This document shows, one piece after another, positions 1 through 8,631 of a stretch of DNA of 56,320 nt. Under the pieces are notes generated by a model. It was given only the letters and a program-made list of their open reading frames with translations, was not told where the DNA came from and did not search any database. The stretch lies in NCBI GenBank assembly GCA_947467315.1, contig CANIID010000002.1, forward strand, positions 1 to 56,320, written 5' to 3'. The DNA is from Betaproteobacteria bacterium (lineage in GTDB: Bacteria > Pseudomonadota > Gammaproteobacteria > Burkholderiales > SG8-41). Every line of letters begins with the position of its first letter. The first letter of the stretch is position 1. Made by a program: the position numbers and the translations under genes.

Positions 1-441
1 AAGTTCACGCATATTCCGTACAAAGGCGGCGGCGCGGCGGTAGCGGCGCTGGTGTCGGGCGAAGTGGAAATGGCCTTCACTACCTTGCTCTCAACACGCG
101 CGTTTATCAACAGCGGCAGACTGCGCTATCTCGCCATCACTGCGGGCAAACGGTCACCGGCGATTCCCGATCTTCCGACGATTGCCGAAGCCGGCGTACC
201 GGGCTTTGAAGCGAATCAATGGTACGGCGTGGTCACGTCATCGAAAGTAAACCCCGCGATTGTGCGCAAGCTGTCAAACGCGATGCGCGACGCCGTGCAT
301 GCGCCCGATGTGGCGGAGCGCTTGGCGGCGGACGGCTCCACCGCGCTGTCGAGCACGCCTGAAGCCTTCAACGCGCACATCAAATCCGAAATCGTGAAGT
401 GGCGCAGGCTGGTGAAAGAAGCGGGTTTACAGCTACAGTAA
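1..441 (+). CDS. Bug/TctC-family periplasmic solute-binding protein, C-terminal fragment (5' end outside window)
   Basis: Frame 1 is open from base 1 (KFTHIPYKGGGAAVAALVSGEVEMAF...), which is the family's central PYKG motif. The C-terminal layout (PDLPTIAEAGVPGFE, STPEAF, KSEIVKWRRLVKEAG) matches the complete paralogs. Stop at 439-441. Confidence 0.85.
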   Translation, partial: KFTHIPYKGGGAAVAALVSGEVEMAFTTLLSTRAFINSGRLRYLAITAGKRSPAIPDLPTIAEAGVPGFEANQWYGVVTSSKVNPAIVRKLSNAMRDAVHAPDVAERLAADGSTALSSTPEAFNAHIKSEIVKWRRLVKEAGLQLQ

Positions 442-445
442 AATA

Positions 446-1408
446 ATGAATAAAAACAATTACTTAAATATAATTGCCGCCTTACTCTTGGGGTGCGCCC
501 TACTCCCGGCGCACGCCCAACATTTCCCCAGCAAACCGCTGCGCATGCTCACCGCCGAGCCCGGCGGCGGCAGCGACCTTACCGCGCGCATCATCGCGCA
601 GGGGCTATCCGCGAGTCTCGGGCAAGGCGTGGTGGTGGACAATCGCGTGGGCGGCATCAACATCGCGGAGCTTGCCGCGCGGGCCGCGCCGGATGGCTAC
701 ACGCTGCTCACCTACAGCAGCACGCTGTGGCTGATCCCGCTGATGCGCGCGCACACGCCGTACGATCCGCTGCGCGATTACGCGCCCGTCACGCTGATCG
801 GTAGCTCGCCGATGGTGCTGGTGACGCATCCGTCGGTGGCCGCAACCTCGGTCAAAGAATTAATCGCGCTGGCGAAAGCCAAGCCGGGTGAACTGAATTT
901 TGCATCGGGGCCATCGGGTGCGATTCCGCATTTGTCGGCGGAGTTGTTCAAATACATGGCCGGCATTGATATCGTTCACGTGCCCTACAAAGGCGTGGGC
1001 GCGGCGGTGACTGATCTGATCGGCGGACGCACGCAGTTGATGATGCCCAATGCCAGCGCTGCCTTGCCGCATATTAAATCCAATCGCCTGCGCGGCCTGG
1101 CGGTCAGCAGCGCGCAGCCTTCCGCGCTCGCGCCCGGCTTGCCGTCGATGGCGCAAGCGGGCTTGCCCGGCTATGAAAGCGTGGCAATGTATGCCGTGTT
1201 TGCGCCGGCGAAAACACCCGCCGCCATCGTCCAGCGCTTGAATCATGAGATCGTCAGGCATCTGCATCGCGCGGAGATTAAAGACAAGCTCCTCGCGGCC
1301 AGCACCGACATCATCGCCAGCACGCCGCAAGGGCTGGCCGACACCCTGCGCGCGGAAATGGCGCGCATGGGCAAGGTCATCAAGGCCGCGCGTATACGCG
1401 TGGATTAG
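446..1408 (+). CDS. Bug/TctC-family periplasmic solute-binding protein
   Basis: 320 aa. Signal peptide MNKNNYLNIIAALLLGCALLPAHA, then FPSKPLRMLTAEPGGGSD, HVPYKGVGAAVTD and STPQGL...MARMGKVIK. The ATG lies 4 nt after the previous stop. Confidence 0.9.
   Translation: MNKNNYLNIIAALLLGCALLPAHAQHFPSKPLRMLTAEPGGGSDLTARIIAQGLSASLGQGVVVDNRVGGINIAELAARAAPDGYTLLTYSSTLWLIPLMRAHTPYDPLRDYAPVTLIGSSPMVLVTHPSVAATSVKELIALAKAKPGELNFASGPSGAIPHLSAELFKYMAGIDIVHVPYKGVGAAVTDLIGGRTQLMMPNASAALPHIKSNRLRGLAVSSAQPSALAPGLPSMAQAGLPGYESVAMYAVFAPAKTPAAIVQRLNHEIVRHLHRAEIKDKLLAASTDIIASTPQGLADTLRAEMARMGKVIKAARIRVD
449..470 (+). repeat. AT-rich 22-nt motif, copy 1 (AATAAAAACAATTACTTAAATA)
   Basis: Member of the 10-copy family wwTAAAAACAwwTAsTTAyAww. 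It overlaps codons 2-9 of the Bug gene that starts at 446. Confidence 0.6.
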
Positions 1409-1432
1409 CCAAATCGATTTCAGGAAACACCC

Positions 1433-2464
1433 ATGGCCGCCAAAAAAACCCCGCCACGACGCAAGCCCTCCCAACGCATCGACGTTCACAGCCACGTGCT
1501 GCCGAAAGAAATGCTCGATGCGCTCAGTGCGCGGCCAGAGCGCTTCAAAATGCGCTACATCGCCGACGGCAAGCATCGCCGCGTGGCCAAGGACGGCGGT
1601 GGCGGACAGCCGGTGTTTGACGAATTTTTTGATCCGGCGGCAAAGGTCGCGGGCATGGATCGCAAGGGGCTGGACGTATCGATCATTTCGCCCGCACCGA
1701 TTGCGTATTTTTACTGGCTCGACGCCGATGCCGGCCTCGAAGCCGCGCAACTCGTCAAGGACGGCATCGCCAATATGGCGCGCGCGTTTCCCGAGCGTTT
1801 GATGGGCATGGGCACCTTGCCGATGCAAAACCCGGACGCCGCCGTGGCGGAACTTGAACGCATCGTCAAACAGCACGGCTTTCGCTCGGTGGAACTCGGC
1901 ACCTCAGTGGGCAATGAACAACTCGCCGACCCGCGCTTTCGCCCGGTGTTGCGGCGCGCGCAGGAACTCAACGTGTTCATCTTCGCCCATCCGTATTCCA
2001 ACTCGGCGGTGTGCAATCTCGATGACTATTACCTCAGCAACCTCATCGGCAACCCGCTGCAATCGACCATCATGGCCTCGCACCTGATGTTCAGCGGCGT
2101 GCTCGATGAACTGAAAAAGCTGAGAATTTGTCTCGCGCACGGCGGCGGTTATTTGCCGTATCAAATCGGGCGCTTCAATCACGGCCACAAAGTGCGCAAT
2201 GAAACGCGCGCGCTGACCAAAACCAAACCCAATGCACTGCTGCGGCGCTTTTACTATGACGCGCTGACGCATGACCCGCGTGCGCTGCGCTATTTGATCG
2301 ATCTGGTCGGCGCGGACCGCGTGGTCATTGGCACCGATGCGCCGTTCGACATGGGCGAAGAACATCCCATCGAAATGATCAACAAGGTCACGCGTCTCAG
2401 CGCCAAAGATCGCGAACAGATTTTCAGCAAGACGGCGCTGCGTTTGATGGGCAAGCGGGTGTAG
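1433..2464 (+). CDS. Amidohydrolase-2 family metal-dependent hydrolase/decarboxylase (ACMSD-like)
   Basis: 343 aa. N-terminal IDVHSHVLP metal-binding motif, later AHGGGYLPY and GTDAPFD. SD AGGAAA upstream of the ATG. Confidence 0.8.
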   Translation: MAAKKTPPRRKPSQRIDVHSHVLPKEMLDALSARPERFKMRYIADGKHRRVAKDGGGGQPVFDEFFDPAAKVAGMDRKGLDVSIISPAPIAYFYWLDADAGLEAAQLVKDGIANMARAFPERLMGMGTLPMQNPDAAVAELERIVKQHGFRSVELGTSVGNEQLADPRFRPVLRRAQELNVFIFAHPYSNSAVCNLDDYYLSNLIGNPLQSTIMASHLMFSGVLDELKKLRICLAHGGGYLPYQIGRFNHGHKVRNETRALTKTKPNALLRRFYYDALTHDPRALRYLIDLVGADRVVIGTDAPFDMGEEHPIEMINKVTRLSAKDREQIFSKTALRLMGKRV

Positions 2465-2504
2465 CGCCCCGCAGTGGGAGATTATTGAATTTTCCCTGTT
2501 TCAT

Positions 2505-2580
2505 GACACCGTTCGAGCTGAGCTTGTCGAAGCCTGCTCACCTGACCATGCCCTTCGTCGGGCTCAGGGCGAACGGTGTT
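2505..2580. repeat. REP-like imperfect inverted repeat
   Basis: Left arm gacaccgttcgagctgagcttgtcgaagc (2505-2533) pairs imperfectly with right arm cccttcgtcgggctcagggcgaacggtgtt (2551-2580). Intergenic. Confidence 0.55.
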
Positions 2581-2609
2581 GGTTTATCATGAATCATGGA
2601 AAGATAAAT

Positions 2610-2631
2610 ATTTTAACTATATGTTTTTAAA
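2610..2631 (-). repeat. AT-rich 22-nt motif, copy 2 (rc TTTAAAAACATATAGTTAAAAT)
   Basis: Same family. Lies 23 nt upstream of the Bug gene starting at 2654, in reverse orientation. Confidence 0.6.
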
Positions 2632-2653
2632 CACTTTTTAATAGAGGTGTGAA

Positions 2654-3631
2654 ATGAACATCCAGCGCCCGCCGTGTATCGCGATCATGCTTCTGCTTCC
2701 AGGCGTGCCGCTGCACGCGCAAGCACAGTCCGCCGCGTACCCCAACAAACCCATCCGCATGATCGTGCCGCTCGCCGCAGGCGGGCCCAGCGACACCACG
2801 GCACGCATCGTCGCACCCAAGTTGAGCGAAGCCATCGGGCAAAACATCATCGTCGATAACCGCCCCGGCGCCAGCGGCATTATCGGCACCGAGATCGGCC
2901 TGAAATCTCCGCCCGACGGCTACACGATTTTGCTGGTATCGAACACCATCTCGCTTAACCCGGCGATGTTCCGCAAGCTGCCCTACGACAACGAACGCGA
3001 CATGACGCCGGTGTCACTGCTGGCCGCCACGCCGTACACGCTGAACGTGCATCCATCGCTGCCGGTGAAAACCATCAAGGAACTGATCGCACTGGCGAAA
3101 GCGCGTCCCGGTGAACTGAATCACGCCTCCGCCGGCGCGGGCACCGGGCCGCATCTGGCGATGGAATGGTTTGCACAGCGCAGCGGCATCAAAATCCAGC
3201 AGATCATCTACAAGGGCGGAGGCCCGGCGATGATTGACTTTCTCGCGGGGCAAACACAACTCAATCTCACCAACATGATTACCGCCATGCAGCACGTGCG
3301 CACGGGTCGCATCCGCGCGCTAGCGGTGTCGAGCCTCAAACGCTCGCCGGTGGCGCCGGACATACCCACCATCCACGAATCGGGCGTGGCCGACTTCGAC
3401 GAAGGCGGCCAGCACGGCATCGTCGGCCCCGCCGCGTTGCCGAAAGACGTGCTCGCCAAACTACACAGCGCCATCGTCACCGCCATGCGTTCGCCCGAAA
3501 TCACCAAACGGCTCGCCGAAGACGGCTCCGCCGTCGTCGCCAACACGCCGGAAGAATTTCGCGCGCTGATACGGCGCGAGACGGCGAAGTGGACGCAGAT
3601 TGTGAAAGTGGCGGGGATACAGCCGCAGTAA
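2654..3631 (+). CDS. Bug/TctC-family periplasmic solute-binding protein
   Basis: 325 aa. Signal peptide ending PLHAQAQS, AYPNKPIRMIVPLAAGGPSD, IIYKGGGPAMID, NTPEEFRALIRRETAKW. SD GAGGTG upstream. Confidence 0.9.
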   Translation: MNIQRPPCIAIMLLLPGVPLHAQAQSAAYPNKPIRMIVPLAAGGPSDTTARIVAPKLSEAIGQNIIVDNRPGASGIIGTEIGLKSPPDGYTILLVSNTISLNPAMFRKLPYDNERDMTPVSLLAATPYTLNVHPSLPVKTIKELIALAKARPGELNHASAGAGTGPHLAMEWFAQRSGIKIQQIIYKGGGPAMIDFLAGQTQLNLTNMITAMQHVRTGRIRALAVSSLKRSPVAPDIPTIHESGVADFDEGGQHGIVGPAALPKDVLAKLHSAIVTAMRSPEITKRLAEDGSAVVANTPEEFRALIRRETAKWTQIVKVAGIQPQ

Positions 3632-3819
3632 TTCTGGAAAAAACGATTTGCCTTAGCGAGCGTAGCGGAAAAAACGGCATCAAAACCCAATGCCTGCCGA
3701 GCACCGACTTTCAGCAAGTTGCGGGAGTAGAATTACAATCCGGCAATGTGAAAGCTGCCGTTGATTAAGATCGTGTCCAACCCTATAGTTCTATCGTTCA
3801 ACGCCCAAGGAGACAAAAC

Positions 3820-4257
3820 ATGTCCCACAAATACACAGGTGGTTGCGCCCATCATCAAACCTATGCCGACCAGGATCCTATAGACAATCACACCTGCCAT
3901 TGCTCGGTGTGCAAGGCAGTTACCACGCAACCTACAACGCATGTGGTGTTTTTTAAACATGGTGATCTCGCGGTTGCAGGCGCGGGCAGCCTGAAGCGCA
4001 TGCCGTTCAACAGCAAGAACCCGAACGGCCCGCTGGAGTTATGCGTGTGCGAAACCTGCGGCTCGCCCATCATGCTGGACGACAAACAGAAGCGCATACG
4101 CGTCGTGGTACCGAACCTGATGGGCTATGACGCCAAAAACCTGCCTGCGACCTATCACGCATTTTATGACCCTGCTACTGGCGTACCCAAACCGAATGAT
4201 GGGCGCCCGGTCTATGAAGGCCTGCGTCCTGATTTCGTATGGCCTCGTGTGGCCTAA
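3820..4257 (+). CDS. GFA (glutathione-dependent formaldehyde-activating / CENP-V-like) family zinc protein, putative
   Basis: 145 aa with Cys clusters CHCSVCK and CVCETCGSP typical of the GFA fold. The first Cys pair is degenerate (GGCAHH). SD AAGGAGA upstream. Confidence 0.55.
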   Translation: MSHKYTGGCAHHQTYADQDPIDNHTCHCSVCKAVTTQPTTHVVFFKHGDLAVAGAGSLKRMPFNSKNPNGPLELCVCETCGSPIMLDDKQKRIRVVVPNLMGYDAKNLPATYHAFYDPATGVPKPNDGRPVYEGLRPDFVWPRVA

Positions 4258-4358
4258 GGGCGCCTGACTGCACCTAAAAAGGCAGGCAAGGCGCGCTGCC
4301 ATCGCGGCCCGCGCAACTGTAATTAAGCGAGTCGCCTCTCAATGAGACAATCCGCAGC

Positions 4359-5024
4359 ATGCCATCCACGCCCTACTGTCCGCCTGCGGATCGGGGACTT
4401 GCCATCCTCTATCTCTCGGCGCAACTGATCGTTGTCAACAAACCCAGCGGGTTGTTGAGCGTGCCCGGGCACGGCGCAGGCAAGGAAGACTGCTTGTCGC
4501 GCCGGGTTCAAGCCGAATTCTCCGACGCCTTGATCGTTCATCGTCTGGATATGGGCACCTCGGGCATCGTCGTCATGGGGCGCGGCGCCAAGGCGCAGCG
4601 CGAGCTGAGTCTCCTGTTCCAGGAGCGCAAGGTTCGCAAGCGCTACCAGGCCTTGGTCGACGGGCCCTGGAGGGCTGCTGCCACAGGGGAGATCGAGCTC
4701 CCCATCAGCGTCGATTGCGCCAACCGCCCGAAACAGAAAATTGACCACACCATGGGTCGGCCGAGCCTGACCCGCTATCGCGTAATCGACATCGACATTG
4801 CGCGCGCGGTTTCGCGCATCGAGCTCGATCCCATCACCGGTCGTTCGCATCAGTTGCGGGTACACATGGAAGCCATGGGACATCCCATCCTCGGCGACGA
4901 CTTTTACGGAACGCCGGCATCCTGCGCCAAGGCGGAGCGTCTGATGCTGCACGCCTGCCTGATCGAGTTCCGCCATCCTGAAACGGGCTTTCCGTTGTGC
5001 GTTGACTGTCCGCCACCCTTCTAA
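4359..5024 (+). CDS. rluA: RluA-family RNA pseudouridine synthase
   Basis: 221 aa. Catalytic-Asp motif HRLDMGTSGIVVMGR plus ANRPKQK and PITGRSHQLRVHMEAMGHPILGDDFYG, colinear with RluA as I remember it. Confidence 0.8.
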   Translation: MPSTPYCPPADRGLAILYLSAQLIVVNKPSGLLSVPGHGAGKEDCLSRRVQAEFSDALIVHRLDMGTSGIVVMGRGAKAQRELSLLFQERKVRKRYQALVDGPWRAAATGEIELPISVDCANRPKQKIDHTMGRPSLTRYRVIDIDIARAVSRIELDPITGRSHQLRVHMEAMGHPILGDDFYGTPASCAKAERLMLHACLIEFRHPETGFPLCVDCPPPF

Positions 5025-5165
5025 GCGGTACGTAAAGACCCCAACGAGTAGCATCGTGCAGCCCTCGGAGGAAAACCGCCGCAATGACCGCTACCGCCGA
5101 GGACCAGATGCTCCAGCAATCACGGCGACCCTCTCAATGGAGGCAATCTGACATGTTCACGTGCA

Positions 5166-5198
5166 AACAAAAAAGCCCCGCAAGGGGCTTTTTGTTTT
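5166..5198. terminator. Bidirectional rho-independent terminator
   Basis: aaaaaGCCCCgcaaGGGGCtttttgtttt: a 5-bp GC stem extended by A/T pairs, with T-runs on both strands. It sits between convergent rluA (+) and the 138-aa gene (-). Confidence 0.7.
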
Positions 5199-5222
5199 GC
5201 AGCGATCAGGCTACGAAAAAAA

Positions 5223-5639
5223 TCACTTCTCCACCACCCCCTCCTGCTCACGCAGATTGGCATTAAGCGATAAACCGGATTCGGTGTTGGTGATTTTCTT
5301 CAACGCGCCACCCTTGCCGCCGTCGCGCAACGGCGCCATATCGACATCCACCTTGTCGCCGGGCTTGAACGACGTGCGCTTCCACACGCCGGCGCGCATG
5401 AGGTTGCCGGGGCTGGTCATTTCGAGCACCCAGGTGACGGGCTTTTCGCCTTTTTGCGCGCCTTCGACGTAAATAGCCACGTGCGGATTGGTCCAGTGCA
5501 CCTCTTTGACCACGCCCGAAATCGACACGACCTTATCGTGCATGAACATGGTGGTGGCGTGATGCGCCGCGACCGGCCAGGCTGCTGCGCCCAATCCCAG
5601 CAGCGACGTGTAAATCAGTGTCTGTTTCAATAACTTCAT
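5223..5639 (-). CDS. Small secreted protein of unknown function, predicted mature N-terminus His-His (paralog of 6734-7174)
   Basis: 138 aa. Signal peptide ...GAAAWPVAA followed by HHATTMF. Conserved VKEVHWTNPHV, EMTSPGNL, KPGDKV, APLRDG.KGGALKK. From memory it resembles proteins RefSeq labels as a DUF family with an N-terminal HH motif (unverified). Confidence 0.75.
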   Translation of the reverse strand: MKLLKQTLIYTSLLGLGAAAWPVAAHHATTMFMHDKVVSISGVVKEVHWTNPHVAIYVEGAQKGEKPVTWVLEMTSPGNLMRAGVWKRTSFKPGDKVDVDMAPLRDGGKGGALKKITNTESGLSLNANLREQEGVVEK

Positions 5640-5677
5640 GATGTCTCCTTCTTCGATGTTTATACTTCGTAACCTGT

Positions 5678-6523
5678 CTACTTGGGTGGCGTGCGGTTGC
5701 CGTACGGATCATGCGTAATCTTTTCCCACACCGGGTAACCATCCTTGTCCACCGCCGGCTTGAAGTAACCTTCCAGGCAGGTGCCTTCGACGATATCCAG
5801 CCGGCGCAGGCGCTGCCGGTAATAAATGCGCGTGGTCACCCAGGGCTTGGTCAGCACCTTGGGTGCGGTGATAGTCAATTCGTCGGCCCACACATCGGGC
5901 TTTTGCAGATACATGCGCTCCTTGATATGCATGTCGCCGCCGTTGGGGATGCCCTGCGCTTCGCTGATTGCGATGTAATTTTGCGGATGCATGGCGATGG
6001 TATCGACATTCAGATCGTCGCCTTGCCACTTGCCGATGGATTCACCGTGAAACGAGGGATCGGGATCCTCGGTGTGACCGCGGCCATCCGTATAAATGCG
6101 CCGCAGACGCGCGCTGTCGGATTCGCCGAGCATCGTGACGCGACCCGGCGAGAAAATAATCTCCATTGCGTTGTGCGTCACCAGCATCCATGCCGGCATG
6201 GATTCCGGCAAGCAATTCTGGAACAAGGGTGGCGGACGGCCCGCGCGCTCTTCGGCGTACTGCCATTCAATCACCTTGGCGGCTTTTTCGTTCCACGGCG
6301 GCGGGTTGGTTTTCATCTGCCGGTCCTGATCAGAGCGCACGTGCGTCCACACGCCGCTCCAATCCGGCAGCTTGGCGATATCGGCCCAATCCTTCGCAGT
6401 CGGCGGCGGATTAATGACGGGCTTGGCAGCGGGTTTCGCGCCCGGCGTACCTTGCGCGAACGAAACGCCCGGCAATAACGAGACGCCAAGCAGCGCCATC
6501 ACTTCACGACGAATATTACGCAT
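5678..6523 (-). CDS. Secreted protein of unknown function (paralog of 7209-8039)
   Basis: 281 aa. Signal peptide ...GVSFAQG. Conserved blocks KDWADI.KLPDWSGVW, NPPPWN.KAA, NCLPE, RVTMLGESD, YTDGRGH..DPDP.FHG.SIGKW, GIPNGGDMH, DIVEG.C.EGYF. Ends 38 nt upstream of the 138-aa gene. Confidence 0.75.
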   Translation of the reverse strand: MRNIRREVMALLGVSLLPGVSFAQGTPGAKPAAKPVINPPPTAKDWADIAKLPDWSGVWTHVRSDQDRQMKTNPPPWNEKAAKVIEWQYAEERAGRPPPLFQNCLPESMPAWMLVTHNAMEIIFSPGRVTMLGESDSARLRRIYTDGRGHTEDPDPSFHGESIGKWQGDDLNVDTIAMHPQNYIAISEAQGIPNGGDMHIKERMYLQKPDVWADELTITAPKVLTKPWVTTRIYYRQRLRRLDIVEGTCLEGYFKPAVDKDGYPVWEKITHDPYGNRTPPK

Positions 6524-6642
6524 CTTGCGTGTTCCCCCTTGAACCGTTGCTACGTTTTTTTGGCACCACCGAGAAAGTTTACCACGCTCGATTTATACCC
6601 TGTAAGGCGCGTGCCACTCAGTGCCAATGACAATAAATATTG

Positions 6643-6664
6643 TCTAAAAACAAATACTTACATT
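6643..6664 (+). repeat. AT-rich 22-nt motif, copy 3 (TCTAAAAACAAATACTTACATT)
   Basis: Same family. Lies in the 210-bp spacer between the two copies of the duplicated module. Confidence 0.6.
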
Positions 6665-6684
6665 TTTAACCCCATGCCAGTATC

Positions 6685-6710
6685 CACAAAAAAGCCCCTC
6701 GCGGGGCTTC
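6685..6710 (-). terminator. Rho-independent terminator (minus strand)
   Basis: Minus strand reads gaaGCCCCgcgaGGGGCttttttgtgg, about 25 nt downstream of the stop of the 6734-7174 gene. Confidence 0.7.
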
Positions 6711-6733
6711 TCTGCCGGATGGAAAACCGCCGC

Positions 6734-7174
6734 TTACTTGGCGGGCGCTTCCTGCTCCAGATTGGCGCGTTCCTGCGCGCGGATATCCGCCGTCAAAACT
6801 TTACCGCTATCCGCGATGGTCACTTTTTTTAGCGCGCCGCCTTTTTTTCCGTCGCGCAACGGCGCCATGGATATCTCGACTTTATCGCCGGGCTTGACCG
6901 AATTGCGCGTCCAGCCGCCGGCACGCACCAGGTTGCCGGGGCTGGTCATTTCAATCACCCACAGCGCTGCTTCCGCGCCATCCTTGCCCGCGACATCCAC
7001 GTAAATGCCGACGTGCGGATTGGTCCAATGTACTTCTTTGACGACACCGTTAATCGTCACCACCTTGGCGTGATCGAACATGGTGGTGGCGTGGTGCGCG
7101 GCCACCGGATAAGCGCTGGCAACCAAACCCAGCAGCGCGGCAATGCGAACAACTTTATTCAGTGATGATTTCAT
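6734..7174 (-). CDS. Small secreted protein of unknown function, predicted mature N-terminus His-His (paralog of 5223-5639)
   Basis: Track ORF 6734-7372 trimmed to the ATG at 7174 (MKSSLNKVVRIAALLGLVASAYPVAA|HHATTMF), which has SD AAGGAG 6 nt upstream. The longer N-terminus is Arg/Ser-rich and overlaps the upstream gene. Confidence 0.75.
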   Translation of the reverse strand: MKSSLNKVVRIAALLGLVASAYPVAAHHATTMFDHAKVVTINGVVKEVHWTNPHVGIYVDVAGKDGAEAALWVIEMTSPGNLVRAGGWTRNSVKPGDKVEISMAPLRDGKKGGALKKVTIADSGKVLTADIRAQERANLEQEAPAK

Positions 7175-7208
7175 AATGGCTCCTTGCGTTAGTGAATTCA
7201 TGTTCAAA

Positions 7209-8039
7209 CTATTTCGGCGGAATGCGGTTGCCGCCCACGTCATGCGGCTGCGGCACGAACACATGGAATCCGTCCTTGTCGAGGCGTGGCGCAAAGTAGC
7301 CTTCCGAACACACGCCTTCGACGATATCGAATTTGCGCGCGCGCTGGCGGAAATAGTAGCGCGTGGTCTCATACGGCTTGGTCAGCACATGCGGTGCGGT
7401 GATTTTCATGTAGACATGCATCACGTCTTTTTCCACCCAGATGCGCTCCTGGGTGTGCATATCGCCACCGTTGGGAATGCCGTGCGCTTCGCTCGGCGCA
7501 ATGTACACCTGCGGCAGAACGGCGATGGTGTCTATCACCAGCACGTTGCCCTCCCATTTGCCGATGGAGTGACCGTGGAAGGTCGGATCCGGATCGGGCG
7601 GGTGCCCGCGGCCATCGGTGTAAACGCGGCGCAGACGACCACCATCGGATTCGCCCAGCATGGTGACGCGGCCCGGCGTGATCAGAAATTCCAGCGCGTT
7701 ATGGCTGATCATCATCCATGACGGATGTCCTTCAGGCAGGCAGTTGACGAACAGCGGCGTTGGGCGCCCCGCTTTTAATTCGGCCTGCTGAAACTGAATA
7801 CGCGCTGCGGCCTTGGCATTCCAAGGCGGCGGATTGGTGACGTGCTGCTTGTCTTGATCGGTGATATTCGGATTCCACACGCCGCTCCAATCGGGCAGCT
7901 TGCCGATATCGGCCCAGTCTTTTGCCGTGGGCGCCGGATTGACCACCGGTTTTTCCGCAGGCTTGGTTTGCGCGAACGACACCGACGCAGCCAACCCCAC
8001 CACAGCCAACACTACAGTCAAAGTACGCTTCATATTCAT
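7209..8039 (-). CDS. Secreted protein of unknown function (paralog of 5678-6523)
   Basis: 276 aa. Signal peptide ...AASVSFAQT. Same conserved blocks as 5678-6523, and 34 nt upstream of its small partner. Confidence 0.75.
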   Translation of the reverse strand: MNMKRTLTVVLAVVGLAASVSFAQTKPAEKPVVNPAPTAKDWADIGKLPDWSGVWNPNITDQDKQHVTNPPPWNAKAAARIQFQQAELKAGRPTPLFVNCLPEGHPSWMMISHNALEFLITPGRVTMLGESDGGRLRRVYTDGRGHPPDPDPTFHGHSIGKWEGNVLVIDTIAVLPQVYIAPSEAHGIPNGGDMHTQERIWVEKDVMHVYMKITAPHVLTKPYETTRYYFRQRARKFDIVEGVCSEGYFAPRLDKDGFHVFVPQPHDVGGNRIPPK

Positions 8040-8122
8040 CTAACCCCTTCCCGGTAAATTATTATTCTCAAAATTCACGGCGGAAACATTACTCCCGGCG
8101 CAATACATTGTCCATTCCGCCG

Positions 8123-8617
8123 CTAAGTCGTGAAACCTATCCAGCGGCCAAACACCACGATACACACCCACAGCGCCAACGACATCCCACCGGCCACTTT
8201 AGCACCTTGCGGCGTGGCGCGATTTTCCGCCCCCCAGTCCTGCACGTTCCGGTTGGTAACCTTGTGAAAAAACAACATGTTACAGCCGGCCAGCACGAGG
8301 AATCCCATCTTCAACAGAAAATACGTATTGGGGCCGTAGGTGGTCGCCTTCGCGCAAAACATCAGCACGCCGGTGATCACGGCTATAGCAAACGCGACCC
8401 ACGTCAGGGGCAAGACTTCCGCAGTCAGGCGGCTGACAGCGCGCTCGCGCGAGGCCCAGCCCAGCAACCGAAGATCGACCATGACGATAGAGCCCACTAC
8501 CAGCACAATCGCCAGCACGTGGATGGATTCGAGCCATGGAAAAAGCGACTCTCCCTCGCGGATGGCGGTGGCGATGCCGAAGGATTCAAGCCATTTGTAA
8601 AACGCAGTGATATTCAT
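8123..8617 (-). CDS. Four-TM inner-membrane protein of unknown function (paralog of 8632-9129)
   Basis: 164 aa with four hydrophobic segments. Shares W(L).S......A.....P..(E/Q)..H(V/I)LAI....GS.VM..LRLLG, TG and a C-terminal SLALWV.I(V/I)..GRWI with its neighbour. Confidence 0.7.
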   Translation of the reverse strand: MNITAFYKWLESFGIATAIREGESLFPWLESIHVLAIVLVVGSIVMVDLRLLGWASRERAVSRLTAEVLPLTWVAFAIAVITGVLMFCAKATTYGPNTYFLLKMGFLVLAGCNMLFFHKVTNRNVQDWGAENRATPQGAKVAGGMSLALWVCIVVFGRWIGFTT

Positions 8618-8631
8618 AAGCTATCGCCCGG

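Noticed and set aside
860-1876. 338-aa minus-strand ORF overlapping the Bug gene 446-1408 and the amidohydrolase gene.
   Set aside because: Its composition is Arg/His/Gly/Ala-rich, as expected for an antisense frame in GC-rich DNA, and it has no recognisable motifs. Both sense-strand genes carry clear family signatures.
3820-5024. The GFA-like and rluA-like genes as a horizontally acquired islet interrupting the Bug array.
   Set aside because: They have no flanking repeats, no integrase and no tRNA. I cannot compute the composition precisely, and by eye it is not clearly different from the neighbours.
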